A DNA stretch of 62,457 bases, the filler included, from Kipferlia bialata (Eukaryota): NCBI GenBank assembly GCA_003568945.1. It is 3 parts of 3 records of this genome, joined end to end, with 100 filler letters (N's around TTAATTAATTAA, not from the genome) between each part and the next. Parts side by side here need not be neighbours in the genome. Positions count along the whole stretch, not along the records: positions 59,562 to 62,457 come from BDIP01000232.1; 2 more parts are not named here. The stretch is one strand, 5' to 3'. Positions 60,809 through 62,457 of the stretch are shown piece after piece. A program made the position numbers and the translations under genes. How positions within the stretch are numbered: the stretch's first letter is position 1; each line of letters begins with the position of its first letter. Under the pieces are notes generated by a model. That model was not told where the DNA came from and searched no databases. It worked only from the letters and a program-made list of their open reading frames with translations.

Positions 60809-62230
60809 CTAGTCCAACTCCACCAGCCACGACGTGTCCTTGCACCTGTACCGTCCGTTTAGCTTGTCATCCCCAAGTATCAGGAGGGTGGTGGGGTTGA
60901 TGAGGCATGTTGCCGTACTGCCAGCGACCAGACCTGGTTTCAGTATCAGTGTCATCAAACATACTTATATGAATATTATATCTATATGTATAGTGATTCA
61001 CTATTGTATACATATATAGTGATAGACTATTCTAAAAATACATAGTGATAGAATACTATATATATATACTGCCACTGACCTGGGACACCCTCACACTGCA
61101 CACACTCGCCAGCCACAGTGTTATACAGCCACAGACGCAGGTTGGACTTGTAGCGGTCCTTAGACATATATAGAAGCTTCTGAAGTCAGTGATCGTTGTC
61201 TATTGTATGATGGTGGGTATAACTTGCGATAAATAATGTGTTTGGCACTATTATATAATATATATACTACAATATACTTGCACTCAGAGAAGGATTAGGA
61301 TAACACTGTATCATCTGTCCAAATACGCAGGGTATAAGAAATAAAATACATTACAACACAGTACTTGCCTTGTCCGATAGCGCGCAGAAACGGTAAGGCT
61401 CGTACATCTTCTGCCCCTCCACCATCTCCCCATTGGACAGATGTCTGAGTGGGAGTGGTCCCTCCCAGTGTTGGTTGTGTGGTGTGTACTTGTATGTCAC
61501 AGTGCCGTCTACCTGGTAGTTACAGAACAACAATGCGTCCTGGGTCTCCACCCCTACTAGCCCACTAGCCTTCAAACCAGGAGGCATCTCCCCAATCCTT
61601 GTCCAGGCACCCCTCTCTCTCTCTCCACACCACTGCCACATGTCCTTGCGAGGTTCAGTCCCTCTCTCACCCTCCTTAGGGTACATGTACCCACCCATCA
61701 ACACCAGGCTGTTCTTGAAGGGGAACACAAGTGGGGCGAGCCGCGGTTGTGGGACCTCCCCCTCACACACCACCTCTGCCCACTCACGGGTGTCGATGGA
61801 GTATGTGAACATGGCGTGGCTAGGGACATTGTGAGAGAGACCAAACTGCTGGGGTTGGATGTATCCCCCGTATGCAATGACGGAGTCTGCGACGCGTACT
61901 ATCTGCATGTTGACGATGCCGCTGCTCCCAGGAGGTGCGTCTATAGGGAGTGAGGAGAGAGAGCCATCCTGAGAGAGAGACATGATGCACCAGTGTTGGG
62001 TACACCTGCGTCTATCCTCCTTATCGGTCAGACCATACGTGAAGAGAGCCTCATTGTGGCCGATAGGTACTAGCTGCTTGTGCTGCACGCCGCCCTTGAC
62101 AGTGTCTACAGTGTCGTTGGGTACTCTGCGGCAATCATAGTACCACGGTACAAGGGGTATGGGTGTGGGTGCAGGGGTGGAGGAGGGGGGTGCACCACCA
62201 GAGGGTGAGAGGCTGAACATGGGGTATGTC
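60809..62230 (-). CDS. Kelch-type beta-propeller protein; 5' end beyond the window
   Basis: ORF 61351-62220 has VIAYGG..MFTYSIDTREW..VPQPR..LVLMGG..DMWQW..W..IGEMP. Further exons are DRYKSNLRLWLYNTVAGECVQCEGVP and GLVAGSTATCLINPTTLLILGDD..WLVELD* (stop at 60809). Confidence 0.8.
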
Positions 62231-62457
62231 CTGATATGAGGAGAATGAAAGGTATAATAGCAATAGGGATATATATAGAGAGAGTATTATATATATATAT
62301 ATATGCATATATATATATATATATGTATATACAAAGGGTGTGAGACTGAACATGTGCCTGTCCTGATATAAGGAGAATGAATGGTATGTAGATATGGATA
62401 TGTATATAGAGAGAGAGAGCGGGGGGGGGGATGAAATAAAGTCTTTGCATATGTATA

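Noticed and set aside
1..62457. Transposons, introner-type mobile introns, tRNA or rRNA genes
   Set aside because: No transposase or reverse-transcriptase motifs, terminal inverted repeats or structural-RNA signatures were seen. Each echo matches only its own local exon, not a dispersed family.

Overview
Eukaryotic, intron-rich draft-genome sequence with GT-AG introns, a branch point lying right next to the 3' splice site, abundant (GA)n/(TA)n/(CA)n microsatellites and four N-gaps. Two of the gaps carry an artificial TTAATTAATTAA linker. The overall style suggests a free-living fornicate protist such as Kipferlia (inference only). I reconstructed about 15 multi-exon genes by hand. They include a divergent ERCC8/CSA-like WD40 protein, a ~3,000-aa DUF3638/DUF3645 SF2-helicase-fold protein with extra modules, an RPAP1-like protein, a membrane-anchored GBP/atlastin-like GTPase fragment, an intron-containing bacterial-type O-antigen ligase, a DUF975-like fragment, an IQ-motif protein, a Kelch protein and several orphans. 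The most unusual signal is a pervasive set of 'splice-junction echoes'. At roughly 30 places, 15-60 nt of an exon end plus its splice site is repeated 1-5 extra times inside the neighbouring intron. The exon-derived core stays nearly identical while the intervening AT-rich DNA diverges, giving CRISPR-like arrays of decoy donors and acceptors concentrated in two gene regions. All gene models and family calls come from manual motif recognition; no database searches were run.
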